Source: Takakia lepidozioides
Taxonomy: Eukaryota; Plantae; Bryophyta
Direction: 5' to 3'
DNA: 64,000 nt
Assembly: GCA_030704615.1 (NCBI GenBank)
Contig: CM060731.1
Location: 49,352,001-49,416,000, forward strand
A model generated the notes under the pieces. That model saw only the letters and a list, made by a program, of their open reading frames with translations. It searched no databases and was not told the DNA's origin. Below, piece by piece: positions 63,201 through 64,000 of the stretch. The translations under genes and the position numbers were made by a program. How positions within the stretch are numbered: position 1 is the stretch's first letter; each line of letters opens with the position of its first letter.

Positions 63201-63860
63201 ACAAACAAACTCATCTTGGCCATGCGGCAACTTCTAGGGAGGAAAATTAAAATCTGGAATCATCATGAGTGAGCATCATGGCCTGCATCCCTCCAGTGCC
63301 ATCACTTGATGACAAGAAGAAAATACGCACGAGAATTCACATCGATTGGTCGATCCAAGTTCTGTCTGGATGTCTGGTAAGCACCTAGTTCTCGGAATTC
63401 ACTACCTTCATATATGAAAAACCTTTCTTCTCCATACTACCAAACCCAACATCCCAGTATATCAGCGCAATAAAACGAAAATGTGGACAAGTATCCGAAC
63501 CTTTCTTCCTTTGACGTGCTTCTGGAGGAGCTCTGGGTGCTGGAGCAATCCTGCGCCGATGTAGATGGGGTAACTCCGATCACCAAGGTCAACCTGCACA
63601 ATTACAGGCTGCTCCCGCATGATCGGAGGCGCAGCTTCCATCACCCCGGCCCCGCTCGCCCTAGCTCCTGCGAGACCGTTGTAAGAAACGGCCTTCCTGC
63701 ACTTGACTTTCAAGACGAGATTCCGACCGAAAGTGGTGGCCAAAAACGAGGAGTGTTGGCGGCTGGCTTCAAGGCTCCAGAAGGGGAGAGGTGAAGAGGA
63801 CGCACGATCGGCGGTGGCGAAGAGCGGCGTGAGGGCAGAGCCTGCGGCCATAGTCGCCAT
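60265..63860 (-). CDS. DHQS: 3-dehydroquinate synthase, plastid-targeted; exons 63860-63501, 61835-61536, 60954-60265 (449 aa)
   Basis: [13 protein letters not shown]; ALGGGVIGD; [18 protein letters not shown]; AEVIKYG; [12 protein letters not shown]; HGEAVA; DKK; Ser/Ala-rich transit peptide; phase-0 GT-AG introns. Confidence 0.97.
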
Positions 63861-64000
63861 AGCTCGCTCACGCGAGAGAGAGAGTTTGTGCATCAACAAA
63901 AACGAAGAAGAAGGGACTCCTTTGTATATATTATACAACATTTGACGATTTGCCATCCATCCATCCATCCATCCATGTCATCTCTGCGGACCGTTGCGAG

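Noticed and set aside
2713-63860. UGT plus DHQS as a biosynthetic gene cluster
   Set aside because: DHQS is a core shikimate enzyme and no scaffold-forming or other tailoring enzymes are in the window; proximity alone is insufficient.

Overview
Eukaryotic nuclear DNA from a land plant, most likely a non-seed plant (bryophyte/lycophyte/fern-like; inferred from gene and TE content, not proven). Host genes lie at both ends. On the left are tandemly duplicated UDP-glycosyltransferase genes (one partial, one complete with 5 exons). On the right are a single-exon PLS-E class PPR gene and a convergent 3-exon 3-dehydroquinate synthase gene. The central ~46 kb is a transposon nest whose layers can be resolved from termini and target-site duplications. 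The outermost layer is a decayed Ty3/Gypsy element whose single gag-pol frame contains a DNMT3-like C5 cytosine methyltransferase between protease and RT, plus a C-terminal PHD finger. It is split at 19181/48679 by a Tcn1/Tf1-like chromovirus with a self-priming-type PBS. The chromovirus 3' region holds a hAT MITE and a 22.4-kb CACTA element. That CACTA has head-to-head TnpA-like/TnpD genes, an FCP1/NIF phosphatase-like domain within the TnpA-like region, LINE remnants, a second nested CACTA, captured PPR and OSB-type PDF-motif fragments, and a ~15-copy satellite built from PPR coding sequence. Left of the nest is a remnant DNA-transposon-like unit with a SWIM-finger gene and an intron-containing beta-class N6A/N4C amino-methyltransferase-like gene whose SAM-binding exon is tandemly duplicated. 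A degraded plastid trnA-UGC insertion (NUPT) lies upstream of the second UGT. All domain calls are by motif recognition only; no database searches were run.
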